From Hydrurus foetidus (Eukaryota): a stretch of DNA of 64,000 nucleotides. Shown in pieces: positions 30,340 to 39,498 of this stretch; the stretch's first letter is position 1; every line of letters begins with the position of its first letter. The translations under genes were made by a program, and so were the position numbers. The stretch lies in the NCBI GenBank assembly GCA_900617105.1, contig UYFQ01000001.1, positions 620,001 through 684,000 of the forward strand. Reading direction: 5' to 3'. The notes under the pieces were generated by a model that saw only the letters and a list, made by a program, of their open reading frames with translations, was not told the origin of the DNA and ran no database searches.

Positions 30340-31517
30340 TGTTTTTCCGCCTCATCCGCGCCCAGTGTGTCCAGCACGTTGCGCGGGTGCAAAATCCCAT
30401 CCACTGGGGCCATCGCCACCACGCCCTGGCCATCGCTCAGCAACAGCGGTTGGCGCAATTGGCGGTCCCAGGGCCGCCATTGCAGGTTGACACCTTTGGA
30501 GCCGTCGATGTTGGCTTTGGTCAAACCGTCTTTCAACGCGCTGGCATCGGCTTTGGCGAGGTTGGCGACGGTGCCCGCGATGGCCCGTCCGGCCAGCCAC
30601 GCTGCCCAATCCTGGTCAACCATAGGCCGTTTGGCGGTTTTGAAGAAGCGGCGCGAGAGTTGCGGTGCGCCGAAGCGCTCGAACTGCCCGTGCCAGGCCA
30701 AGGCCACCAGACCAGCGTCTCCCACCACGGGGCGGGCAGCGGCGGTGGTGTAGGGCAGGCTGCGGGCGAATTCACCGTCGCTGTCCACCACCCACACCGC
30801 GTCGTAGTTGTTCCCCGCCGTCAGCAGCAGCGGATTGGCGAGTTGGCGTTCGCGTGGATCGCTCGATATTTTGAAGGGCCGCTCTGCCACGGCTTTCAGG
30901 CCGTAGCGCTTCATCGAAGCCTGCACCACGGCACTGCGTTCAGCGTCGGGGGTGCTGGGGCCGATCAGCAGCAAGATGTTGCCCCATTTGCGGCTGGCCA
31001 GCGCTTGGGCCAGGGCATCGGCACGCATGCGTTCGCTGGGGATGGCGTGGAACAGGTTGGCCGCGCAGTCTTTGCCGCGCAAGGCATCTTCCCGTGCGCC
31101 TACGTTCAGCACGGGGATTTTGACGGCGGCGGCGACAGCGGCTGTCCAGGCCGAGGGCAGGGTGACGACGAGGGCTTGTGCGCCAGATTTTTCAGCCCTC
31201 AGCGCACTGGTGCGGGCAGCGTCCAGGCTGTTCACTGCTTCATTGCGCAATTCCACTGTGGTTTTGTTGCTCTCAAAATCATACTGAGCGTCTTCCAGTG
31301 CCAGCAAAAAGGCGGCTTTGACGGAACCACCGGGGTGGCCGAGGTAGGCGCGTTCCAAGCGGTTGCGTTCCAGATCGGGTGCACCGTCTTGCTCGATCAG
31401 TGTGACTGACCAGCTGGCCGCAGAAACAGGGTTGAAAATGCCGGTATAGCATGTCAATAGAGCTACAGGCGCTATCAATTTTGAATATTTAAACAAGGTG
31501 CTCATCGGTGTGTCCAT
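30321..31517 (-). CDS. ABC substrate-binding protein, PQQ-ADH-associated (branched-chain amino acid fold)
   Basis: YDAVWVVDSDGEFARSLPY, RPWDRQLRQPLLL, LDTLGAD. Confidence 0.82.
   Translation of the reverse strand: MDTPMSTLFKYSKLIAPVALLTCYTGIFNPVSAASWSVTLIEQDGAPDLERNRLERAYLGHPGGSVKAAFLLALEDAQYDFESNKTTVELRNEAVNSLDAARTSALRAEKSGAQALVVTLPSAWTAAVAAAVKIPVLNVGAREDALRGKDCAANLFHAIPSERMRADALAQALASRKWGNILLLIGPSTPDAERSAVVQASMKRYGLKAVAERPFKISSDPRERQLANPLLLTAGNNYDAVWVVDSDGEFARSLPYTTAAARPVVGDAGLVALAWHGQFERFGAPQLSRRFFKTAKRPMVDQDWAAWLAGRAIAGTVANLAKADASALKDGLTKANIDGSKGVNLQWRPWDRQLRQPLLLSDGQGVVAMAPVDGILHPRNVLDTLGADEAEKQCQAKP
31434..31487 (+). repeat. Dispersed ~54-bp element; its opposite strand encodes the SBP signal peptide
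   Basis: GAAAATGCCGGTATAGC-N11-GC-N7-GCTATCAATTTTGAATA; minus strand reads YSKLIAPVALLTCYTGIF. Confidence 0.65.
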
Positions 31518-32506
31518 CAGTACAACACCACCGCATACGGCACGCGGCCCACGGGCACAGTTTGCAGGGCTTTGGCGGCTGCCACATCCACCACCGTCAA
31601 ATCGTCGGACAAGCCATTCACCACGTACAGCTTGGCCTCGTCTTGGCTAAGCGCCACGTTCCAGGCCCGCTTGCCCACCAGCACCTGCTGCGTGACTTTG
31701 CGCGTTGCCACATCGACGAATGCCACATGATTGGCGCGGCCCAGCGAGATGAAGGCGCGTTTGCCGTCGCGGCTCACTGTGATGCCCACAGGGGTGATCT
31801 CACTGGCCCGTGCGCCCTTCAGCTCGAAATTCAGGGTGTGGACGACTTTCATCTCAGCGGTGGAAATCACGCTGACGCTGGCCCCCAGCTCGTTCGTCAC
31901 CCACAGCTCTTTGCCGTCGGGTGTCAGTGCAAAACGGCGCGGGCGCAGGCCCACGGGGATGCTTTTGAGCACTTTGAGGCTGGTGGTGTCGATCACATGC
32001 ACCCGGTTGGCGACTTCGGAGGTGACGTAGACGGTTTTGCCGTCCGCTGACAGCTTCACGCCTTCGGGCTCTTTGCCCACGGGCACTTTGCCGCGTACCT
32101 TTTTGCTGGCGATGTCGATCACGGTCAGCTCAGCATCGTCTTCGTTTGACACGTACAGCGTTTTGCCGTCGGGCGACACGTCAAACATCTCGGGGTCGTC
32201 GCTCAAGGGGATGCGGTCTACCGATTGGCGCGTGGCGATGTCGATCACGTCAGCCACGTTGTCGCCGCTGCACGCTACCCAGAGCTGTTTGCGGTCAGGG
32301 CTGAGCTGCATGTGGCGTGGGCGCTGGCAGGTAGCGATGGTGGCCTGCGGCTTCATATCGGCCAGACCGATGACGGTGATGGCATTGTTCTTTTCGCTGG
32401 ACACGAAAGCTAGAGTTTGGGCCACGGTTTGTGCTGACGTGCTGGCGGCACCCCACAGCAGACTGAGGGCGAGCAAGGCGGGTGTTCGGAGGGGGTGTAA
32501 GTTCAT
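31517..32506 (-). CDS. YVTN beta-propeller protein, PQQ-dependent catabolism-associated
   Basis: Repeated SPDGKTLYVSNE / VGKEPEG / VGLRPRR / VGRVPY blades; signal peptide. Confidence 0.88.
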   Translation of the reverse strand: MNLHPLRTPALLALSLLWGAASTSAQTVAQTLAFVSSEKNNAITVIGLADMKPQATIATCQRPRHMQLSPDRKQLWVACSGDNVADVIDIATRQSVDRIPLSDDPEMFDVSPDGKTLYVSNEDDAELTVIDIASKKVRGKVPVGKEPEGVKLSADGKTVYVTSEVANRVHVIDTTSLKVLKSIPVGLRPRRFALTPDGKELWVTNELGASVSVISTAEMKVVHTLNFELKGARASEITPVGITVSRDGKRAFISLGRANHVAFVDVATRKVTQQVLVGKRAWNVALSQDEAKLYVVNGLSDDLTVVDVAAAKALQTVPVGRVPYAVVLY

Positions 32507-32509
32507 ACT

Positions 32510-32563
32510 GCTATTGTTGTTGTAGCTGCTCAAGCTGATGCATTAAGCTGAAATGGGCTTTTT
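32510..32563 (-). repeat. Dispersed ~54-bp element spanning the ABC ATPase stop and the propeller 5' region
   Basis: Minus strand AAAAAGCCCATTTCAGC-TTAATGCATCA-GC-TTGAGCA-GCTACAACAACAATAGC. Confidence 0.8.
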
Positions 32564-33307
32564 GTTGGATGTGGAGGCGGCGGTGGGTGTACGTGTGGCT
32601 GTGCGCTTGATGAAGCCTTGCTCCAGCGTGGCTTCTCCCAGTTGCGCCGTCACGTCCGCTGGGCTGCCGTCCGCGATGATCTCGCCCTGGTGCAACACCA
32701 CCACGCGGTCAGCGTTGGCGGATTCTTCGACCCAGTGCGTGGCCCACAGCACGCTGCTGCCCCGTGTTTTCACGTCGTTTTGCACGGTGCGCAGCAGCTC
32801 TTGGCGCGATTGCGGATCGAGGCCCACGGTGGCTTCGTCCATCAGCAGCAGGCCGGGGCGGTGCAGCAGGGCGCGTACCAGTTCGACTTTGCGTTTGGTG
32901 CCGCCAGAGAGTTCGCGCACGGGGCGGTCTAAATCGTTCTCCAGCCCCAGGCCTTGGGTGTCGGTCGCGATGCGGGTTTTGGCGGTGGCGCGGGGCAGGC
33001 CGTGCAAATCGGCGTGGAACAGCAGGTTTTGCCGCACCGTCAAATCAAGGTCTAAGGACTGCTGCTGGAACACCACGCCAATGCGTGCCAAGGCTTGCGG
33101 GGCGTGGGTGGCAAGCGTTATGCCGTCTATGGTGATGCTGCCTGCGCTGGGCATGAAAAGGCCGGTAAGCAGCTGGAACAGTGTGGATTTGCCTGCGCCA
33201 TTGGGCCCTAGCAGCACACAAAATTGACCGGGTGGCAGCGCCAGATTCACGCCCTTGAGGGCAGGGCGCGGGCCATAGTGCTTGGAGGTGTTGTTAACGG
33301 ACAGCAT
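32543..33307 (-). CDS. ABC ATP-binding protein, PQQ-ADH-associated (PedB-like)
   Basis: GPNGAGKS, LSGG, LLMDEATVGLD; VFQQQSLDLDL. Confidence 0.9.
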   Translation of the reverse strand: MLSVNNTSKHYGPRPALKGVNLALPPGQFCVLLGPNGAGKSTLFQLLTGLFMPSAGSITIDGITLATHAPQALARIGVVFQQQSLDLDLTVRQNLLFHADLHGLPRATAKTRIATDTQGLGLENDLDRPVRELSGGTKRKVELVRALLHRPGLLLMDEATVGLDPQSRQELLRTVQNDVKTRGSSVLWATHWVEESANADRVVVLHQGEIIADGSPADVTAQLGEATLEQGFIKRTATRTPTAASTSNKKPISA

Positions 33308-33318
33308 GCGATGGGGTA

Positions 33319-33335
33319 TGTCTCATTTTGGGACA
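33319..33335. promoter_or_regulatory. Putative AcoR-type upstream activating palindrome
   Basis: TGTCTCA-TTT-TGGGACA near-perfect inverted repeat; further TGTC/GACA half-sites at ~33343 and 33360. Confidence 0.55.
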
Positions 33336-33434
33336 GTGGGGTGACAGTAGTTGCTGGTTTGTCCCAGCCGTTGACGGGCCTGTTATGGCCATTAATGGCT
33401 GCTGATTGTTGCGCACAGCCAACACGCAACCTGC

Positions 33435-35507
33435 TCAATGGGGCAGGGCTGCGTCCGCGCTGCTGGGTTTGAGCTTGCGGTAGATGGTGTTGCGGCTGAT
33501 GTTGAGCTGTTTGGCCGCCAGTGACACATTGCCCCTGCAGGCTTGCAGCGCGCTGCGGATGGATTCCAGCTCCAGGTCGTGCAGTGCGCGGCCTTGGGGG
33601 GCGGTCGCGAGCGTGGCGTAGGCGGTGGCAGCCGTGTGGGTTGCCATGCTGGGCGCACTGTCCAGTGCCACGGCCTTGCGGGCGTAGCGGGCTTGCACCA
33701 GGTCTTCGACAAAATCATCCGACAAATGGATGCGGGTGATTTGCTGGTCGGTGCCCGCCATCACGGTTGCGGTGCGCAGCACGTTGTGCAGCTGGCGCAG
33801 ATTGCCGGGCCATGTGTAGCCTTCAAAATCAAGCAGCAAATCGTCGCTGATGCGCAAGGCATGGTTTGGTGACAGGGTTTTGAGCAGCTGCTGGCACAGC
33901 GCACGCAAATCGGTGCGCTCGCACAGGCGGGGCAGCTTCACAGCCAGGCCGTTGATGCGGTAGTAAAGGTCTTCGCGGAACTGGCCTTGCTCCATCATTT
34001 CGCGCAAATTACGGTGGGTGGCGCAGACCAGGCTGATGTCCACATCGTGTGCCTTGTGCCCCCCCAGAGGCACGACTTTGCGCTCTTGCAGCACGCGCAG
34101 CAGCCGCGCTTGCATGGCCAGCGGCATGTCACCGATCTCGTCTAAAAACAAGGTGCCACCGTGGGCTTGCAGCAGCTTGCCCGGTGCGCCCCGGCGTTTG
34201 GCCCCGGTGAACGCGCCTTCTTCGTAGCCGAACAATTCAGACTCGATCAGCGTTTCGGGGATGGACGCGCAATTGACGGCGACAAAAGCGTGCTCACGGC
34301 GCTGGCTGGCCTGGTGCAGAGCGCAGGCCAAAAATTCTTTGCCGGTGCCGGTGTCACCCAGGATCAGCACGGGGATATCGCGGTCGATGACGCGGCGCAC
34401 TTTGTCTACCACGGCGCGCATTTGGGCATCGTCTTTGGCCAGATCATTCAACTCCGGGCCGGCGGGGGCTTTGGGTTGTTTATGGGCGGCCAAGGGCGTG
34501 CTTTCAAGCGGTGTGTGGATGGGTTTGGACGTGCTGTTGACGGTGTCTTGGCTGGGGTGAACATCGTTGAACGAAAACAGCGGCGCAAAAGACGCATTGC
34601 TGCAATGCCCTCGGGCATGCAGCACCTGCCCCGAGGGCAAATGCATCTTGAACGGTACAAAGCTGCTCGTGCGCAATTTGTCCATCAGTTCACCAAAACT
34701 CAGACCCAGCATCACCCGCAAGCCCTGGATGCGCACCGCCGCACTGCTGGCCCCCAGCAGCTTCAAGCCTGCGCGGTTGATGCCCAAAATTTTGCCGTCA
34801 GCGCCCAGCGCGATAACACCTTCCACCATCGTGCCAATCAGCTCAGGCTGGCTGTGGAAATGCAGGCGCAGGTTGCGGCTGAAGTTGTCGCAAAACCAGT
34901 AGTTTTCGATGGTGCGTGCAGCCACTTTCACCAGCGCCATCGTGTGCGGGTGAAAGGCATGCTGGTCGCCCGTCACGTCCAGCACACCAATCACGCCACC
35001 CGAGTGATCCATGATGGGGGAGGCCGCACAGGTGAGGATTTGGTTGGACTGCACAAAGTGCTCATCGGCATGGACGAACACATCGCTTTCGGCCACCAGC
35101 GCCGTGCCCACGGCATTCGTGCCTTTGGCCGCTTCAGCCCAAGAGACACCGGGGCGCAAGGCCACGCGCTCGGCAAATTCAATCGACGAGCCGCGCCCGG
35201 CAGACATCAAAATCGTGCCCTTGTCGTCGGCCAAGCACACCACGTTGCTGGTGCCGGCCACTTGGTCAAGCAGCATCTCCATGACAGGAAAAGCCTGAGC
35301 TTGCAAGCGTGCACAACGCTCTTGGGCCACTTTGAAATCGGCCAGTGCTTCGGCAGAAAAATCCAGCCGGTCGCGGTGGGTCAAGCCAAAGCCTTGGCAG
35401 CGCTCGTGCGATTCACGGATGGCGTCGGTGTGCCCATCCATCAAGCTGACGGAGGTGTCACCCCGGTGTACGCTGGGCAGGCTGGAAGGGGGGGGCATAG
35501 GGGTCAT
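33435..35507 (-). CDS. Sigma-54-dependent AcoR-like activator (GAF-PAS-AAA+-Fis HTH)
   Basis: GTNAVGTAL, GDTGTGKE, GAFTGA, FLDEIGD, WPGNLRQL, ISRNTIYRK. Confidence 0.92.
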   Translation of the reverse strand: MTPMPPPSSLPSVHRGDTSVSLMDGHTDAIRESHERCQGFGLTHRDRLDFSAEALADFKVAQERCARLQAQAFPVMEMLLDQVAGTSNVVCLADDKGTILMSAGRGSSIEFAERVALRPGVSWAEAAKGTNAVGTALVAESDVFVHADEHFVQSNQILTCAASPIMDHSGGVIGVLDVTGDQHAFHPHTMALVKVAARTIENYWFCDNFSRNLRLHFHSQPELIGTMVEGVIALGADGKILGINRAGLKLLGASSAAVRIQGLRVMLGLSFGELMDKLRTSSFVPFKMHLPSGQVLHARGHCSNASFAPLFSFNDVHPSQDTVNSTSKPIHTPLESTPLAAHKQPKAPAGPELNDLAKDDAQMRAVVDKVRRVIDRDIPVLILGDTGTGKEFLACALHQASQRREHAFVAVNCASIPETLIESELFGYEEGAFTGAKRRGAPGKLLQAHGGTLFLDEIGDMPLAMQARLLRVLQERKVVPLGGHKAHDVDISLVCATHRNLREMMEQGQFREDLYYRINGLAVKLPRLCERTDLRALCQQLLKTLSPNHALRISDDLLLDFEGYTWPGNLRQLHNVLRTATVMAGTDQQITRIHLSDDFVEDLVQARYARKAVALDSAPSMATHTAATAYATLATAPQGRALHDLELESIRSALQACRGNVSLAAKQLNISRNTIYRKLKPSSADAALPH

Positions 35508-35592
35508 TAAAGTTGTCTCCTGAGCCCCAAGCGTAATCAGTAAGCGAAGGGCTGTCACGCGAAAAAGTACCTATGCGCTGCCGGTTAGCTGT

Positions 35593-35608
35593 TGGCACGA
35601 CGCTTGCT
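35593..35608 (+). promoter_or_regulatory. Sigma-54 (-24/-12) promoter for pedF
   Basis: TGGCAC-gacgc-TTGCT, exact consensus, 50 bp before the pedF start and divergent from a sigma-54 activator. Confidence 0.88.
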
Positions 35609-35658
35609 GTTCATCACCACTGACCACCCGGTCAACGCATCCACAAAGAGGACACACG

Positions 35659-36162
35659 ATGAGATTTTTTACCGCCACCCGCAGCCCCCAACGCCTTGCC
35701 GCAGCTTTGTTTTTAGCCGCTGGTTTAGCCTCCTCCAGTTTCGTTTTGGCCCATGGCGATGTCACGCCGCAGGCCGTCGATACAGGCAGTTTGCCTAAGC
35801 TTGGCGCCGAATGGAAAGTGGACAACCCGTACCGTAAAAACGAGCAAGCCATCAAAATCGGCTCGTCCGCTTACAACCAAAATTGCGCTCGCTGTCACGG
35901 CCTGGAAGCCATCTCTGGCGGTATTGCGCCTGATTTGCGCAAGCTCGACAAAGACTGTGTGAACCTGACTGACGCTAAGAAACAAGCCGTCTGCGTGCGC
36001 GATATGGACGAATACTACGTGGGCCGTTTTCGGCGTGGCGTGACCCGCAATGGCGCGGTGTACATGCCTCCGTTTGAGGGTGTGATTTCGCAAGAAGGCG
36101 CATGGACAATCAAGACCTACTTGGAAAGCCGCCGCGAAAAACCACTGCTGGCCACCAAATAA
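35659..36162 (+). CDS. pedF: Cytochrome c-550 (PedF/ExaB type)
   Basis: AHGDVTPQAVDT, YNQNCARCHGLEAISGGIAPDLR, VYMPPF. Confidence 0.9.
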   Translation: MRFFTATRSPQRLAAALFLAAGLASSSFVLAHGDVTPQAVDTGSLPKLGAEWKVDNPYRKNEQAIKIGSSAYNQNCARCHGLEAISGGIAPDLRKLDKDCVNLTDAKKQAVCVRDMDEYYVGRFRRGVTRNGAVYMPPFEGVISQEGAWTIKTYLESRREKPLLATK

Positions 36163-36225
36163 TCTCTGCGCAAATACCCGCCATCAACGTGATCTCGTGA
36201 CCCCCAATTACAGGTGAGACAAACC

Positions 36226-37098
36226 ATGCCCCCTTTCAATCAACCCCCTTTTTCACGACGCCATGTGCTGCAAGCAGGCTTAGGTATTTTGGGTATGGCA
36301 GCTACAGCGGCCACGCCGCTGGTCTTTGCGCAAGAAGGCCCTACAGCCCTGGAGCGCATCAAAGCCAAGGGCGTGCTGTCTGTGGGGGTCTACAACGACT
36401 ATCCACCGTTCAACGTGAAGGGCGTGGGCATCGACATCGCGCTGGCGCAGCAGCTGGCCGAGTCTTTGGGGGTGCGCCTGAGTTTGCTGACCTTCGCTGC
36501 CGGTGAAAACATGGGCGACGACTTGCGCAACATGGTGTGGAAAGGCCATTACTTGGGCTTTGGCCCGGCCGATGTGCTGCTGCATGTGCCGGTAGACAAA
36601 CCCTTGATGGACGCTGAGCCCAAGGTGCTGATCTTCGCCCCGTATTTCCGCGAATCCGTCATGATCGCCCGCAACGTGGACAAGCTGCCTCAGCTGGAAT
36701 CTATGGCCGCGCTGAAGGGCAAAAAGATCGCTGTTGCAGGCCAATCGCTGGCCGGTTGGTTGATGATCGGTGCCGATGGCGGGGCTTACCGCGAGCAACT
36801 CAGCACCAAGCTGGAAGACGGCTCAGAAGCCGCTCGGCTGCTGCAAAAAGGCGAGGTGGACGCGGCTGCGGGCCATGCGTCAGAGTTGTTTTCCACCCTG
36901 GGCTATGACAAGCGCTTTGCCATCACCCCGCTGCCCATGCCCCGTGCGTCCAAAGACGGTTGGGCGGTGGGCATGGCGGTGAAAAAAGAATCGCAAGATT
37001 TAGCCCGTGCGCTGCAATTGGCCGTCAACACCATGGCGCAAGATGGACGCATGGCTGCACTGTTTGAGGCGCAGCATGTGCCGTGGCGTGCGCAATAG
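36226..37098 (+). CDS. Family-3 substrate-binding protein associated with quinoprotein dehydrogenases (PedG-like)
   Basis: SRRHVL leader; GENMGDDLRNMVWKGHYLG; follows pedF. Confidence 0.8.
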   Translation: MPPFNQPPFSRRHVLQAGLGILGMAATAATPLVFAQEGPTALERIKAKGVLSVGVYNDYPPFNVKGVGIDIALAQQLAESLGVRLSLLTFAAGENMGDDLRNMVWKGHYLGFGPADVLLHVPVDKPLMDAEPKVLIFAPYFRESVMIARNVDKLPQLESMAALKGKKIAVAGQSLAGWLMIGADGGAYREQLSTKLEDGSEAARLLQKGEVDAAAGHASELFSTLGYDKRFAITPLPMPRASKDGWAVGMAVKKESQDLARALQLAVNTMAQDGRMAALFEAQHVPWRAQ

Positions 37099-37149
37099 CG
37101 AGACAGTGAGGCGGTTGCGCTAGGGTTTTTACCCCCCCCCCCTGAAAGA

Positions 37150-37188
37150 CAAAAGCCACCTGCAAACTTGTGTTGCAGGTGGCTTTTG
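37150..37188. terminator. Bidirectional intrinsic terminator
   Basis: CAAAAGCCACCTGCAA-acttgtg-TTGCAGGTGGCTTTTG, a perfect 16-bp stem. Confidence 0.9.
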
Positions 37189-37228
37189 CGTTTTGGCTGT
37201 CTGCACACATCATGTACAGAAAAAATAA

Positions 37229-37330
37229 GGTTGACGAGCCTTGACCCCGGCACTGACTCCACAGTTAGGGCTGCTTGGTTCCCCATCTGACCCGGTTGGC
37301 CGCTTCGCCATGCGGGAAGGCCCGTCAGCC
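37229..37330 (-). ncRNA. ffs: Signal recognition particle RNA (4.5S)
   Basis: Minus strand UGACGGGCC...CCGGGUCAGAUGG-GGAA-CCAAGCAGCC...GGCUCGUCA: domain IV GNRA hairpin with paired ends; TACAAT -10 box at 37334-37339. Confidence 0.9.
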
Positions 37331-37426
37331 CGTATTGTAGGCGAGGAATCGCCTGTGTTTGGGGCGGTGACACACCTGTGTCAGGAGAGAATGGTGGAAC
37401 GTGCCCTTGAAGCCGGGATGACCTAG

Positions 37427-37509
37427 TGACCTGTCCCCCATAAACCGTACCGGTCATTTCCCCGCGAAGTCCGTCAATCCGGAGAATGATGGACATGAGG
37501 ATTTCGTAA
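37427..37509 (+). mobile_element. IS3-family left-end remnant with aborted orfA start
   Basis: TGACCTGTCCCCCATAAACCGTACC resembles IS3-family TG-initiated ends, followed by GGAG and ATG AGG ATT TCG TAA. Confidence 0.55.
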
Positions 37510-37545
37510 AATTGAGGCTCATCGACATTTATAAAATACTCACGT

Positions 37546-38289
37546 ATGGCGCGCAAATCTCCCCTTAATGCGATATCGGCCGATGGCGTTGTGGGCGCGA
37601 CCCGTGCCAGCGTGGTGTATGAGCGTTTGCGTGAAGACATCACTCATGGCGTGCTGGAGCCCGGTAGCAAGCTGCGGGTGAGTGCCATGGGCGCGCGCTA
37701 TGACGTCGGGGCCAGCCCCCTGCGCGAGGCATTGAACCGCCTCTCTGCCGAGGGTCTGGTATCCCGCACAGACCAGCGTGGATTCAGAGTAGCAGCGCTC
37801 AACTGGGATGAGTTGTCCACGCTGACCCGCAACCGTGTCCAGCTTGAAAGCCTGGCCTTGAGTGAATCCATCGACCATCGTGACGCCGAATGGGAGCACC
37901 AACTGGCACTGCTGCTGCACCGCTTATCACGCACCCAGCGCTCATTGGCCGCTGACCACTATGTGCCCAATCCGGAGTGGGAGGCTTTGCACAGGGACTT
38001 CCACCGAACCCTGCTGATGCGCTGCCCATCACGCTGGCTCAAGATGTTTTGCGATACCCTGACTGATGAGGCCTACCGGTTTCGCCAACTGGCGGCGGGA
38101 AAGGTGTTCAGTTCTCGCAACGAGCATGCGGAGCATGTGGCTATATTCGAGGCCGCGATCAACGGCCGTGACGAGGAATCGGTCAGGCTATTGGGAGAGC
38201 ATTACACGCGGACTACCCGAGTCGTGTCTGATCAAGCGCGCGAGTTGGGATGCGCCGTGAGCGGCGTTGCACTTCACCCCAATCTGTGA
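37546..38289 (+). CDS. GntR/FadR (FCD) transcriptional regulator
   Basis: LEPGSKL...SPLREALNRL...QRGFRV; WEALHRDFH. Confidence 0.9.
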   Translation: MARKSPLNAISADGVVGATRASVVYERLREDITHGVLEPGSKLRVSAMGARYDVGASPLREALNRLSAEGLVSRTDQRGFRVAALNWDELSTLTRNRVQLESLALSESIDHRDAEWEHQLALLLHRLSRTQRSLAADHYVPNPEWEALHRDFHRTLLMRCPSRWLKMFCDTLTDEAYRFRQLAAGKVFSSRNEHAEHVAIFEAAINGRDEESVRLLGEHYTRTTRVVSDQARELGCAVSGVALHPNL

Positions 38290-38306
38290 ACTGGCTGGTG
38301 TTGGGG

Positions 38307-39498
38307 TCAACGCTGTCGTTGAGGCGCAACACCACAAACCGCAATCTCCTTCGGTTTCCAACGGCTGGCGCCAGGGTCTGAGAGACTGCGCAAGAACGCC
38401 ACCAAGTCTTCGCTTTCGCTGTTGGTCAGCGCCAATGGCTTGAGAATTTGCTCCCCATCAGCGTGCAGGCGATCCAAATTGAGATTGGAATAGTGCTGAA
38501 CGACTTCGCTCAGTGAGGTCAGTTCGCCGTCATGCATGTAGGGGCCTGTGTCGGCAACATTGCGCAGACTGGGCACTTTGAACTCACCGAAATTGCGATG
38601 CTGGATGGCGACGTGGCGGGTTTTAACTCTTGTCTCGTCATCAGGGCCATCAGCCCATTTTGACAACAGGTTGTATGTGCTTGACTGCAGCGTAAGAATG
38701 CCGCCGTGACGCCCAGGGTCTACCTTCCCGGGCCGAATAAAATGGCCGCCCAATGTGAAACTCACCGCTGCTGAACATGGTTAGTGACAGACATGCATGG
38801 CCGCGTCCAGCCGCGCCAATCAAGCCGTACCGCCTCGCTCGTCGGCGTTGCCAACCGTTTCGGTGGTTCGTCAAACGCCGTGCGCGCAGATACGAGGGTC
38901 GAGGTGAATGCGCCCATCACTTTGGCTGTGCCAACCAGCGTGGCTTGTGGGTCGCGGGTGGCATCGTCGCCAAAGAGCTTGTTCCAGCGGCAAGCCAACT
39001 GCGCATCCGTCGCGATGGTGCGGGCTACGTGCCGCGCGTTGGATGCCATTTCACGGGGGTTGGTCAATGCTCGAAAGGTTTGCGACCAGATGCTGTCAGC
39101 CGCGCCGTCCCAGCCATACCAACGTTCATGTACTGCGTGCCATAGCGACTGGGTATTGCGCTCAACTTCGACAAGGCCTCGGGCACGCGCCCTGCCGTCT
39201 CCAAATGCCTGCCCCGGTTGGTGGCAACTGGCGCAAGAAAGGGTACCAGTTGTGAAAGGCGAGCGTCAAAAAAGAGCTGCTGCCCCAATGCCACGGCTTG
39301 TGGATTGCCGGACAAACGATTGCCTGCATCTGAGCCATTGACCGGAGGCCAAGGGCCGTGTCGCTGAATACTTCGCAGCTCTGGCTCAGAAAAATGCAGT
39401 ACCCCCGTTGACGGCGCTGCCTGCGCGATGATGGCGTCTGACCAGAGGGCCAGAACGCAAGCCAGGGCGGCAATGGTTGCGGCGCTGCGGAGCATCAT
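38307..39498 (-). pseudogene. Di-heme cytochrome c peroxidase/MauG-family gene, disrupted
   Basis: LGQQLFFDARLS, then after a -1 shift at ~39252 SCASCH, RNTQSL and WYGWDG. Garbled 38740-38870 with xHVCH. FKVPSLRNVADTGPYMHDG near the 3' end. Confidence 0.82.

Noticed and set aside
28572..31409. Long alternative ORFs (e.g. 28572-29612, 30273-31409; also 34161-35510, 48602-49672, 62843-63829)
   Set aside because: Antisense or off-frame shadows of well-supported genes in GC-rich DNA; no motifs.
37132..37142. C11 homopolymer as a phase-variation switch
   Set aside because: It lies between a stop codon and a terminator, outside any CDS or promoter.
36903..37643. 246-aa minus-strand ORF
   Set aside because: It crosses the terminator, ffs and the IS3 scar and has no protein motifs.
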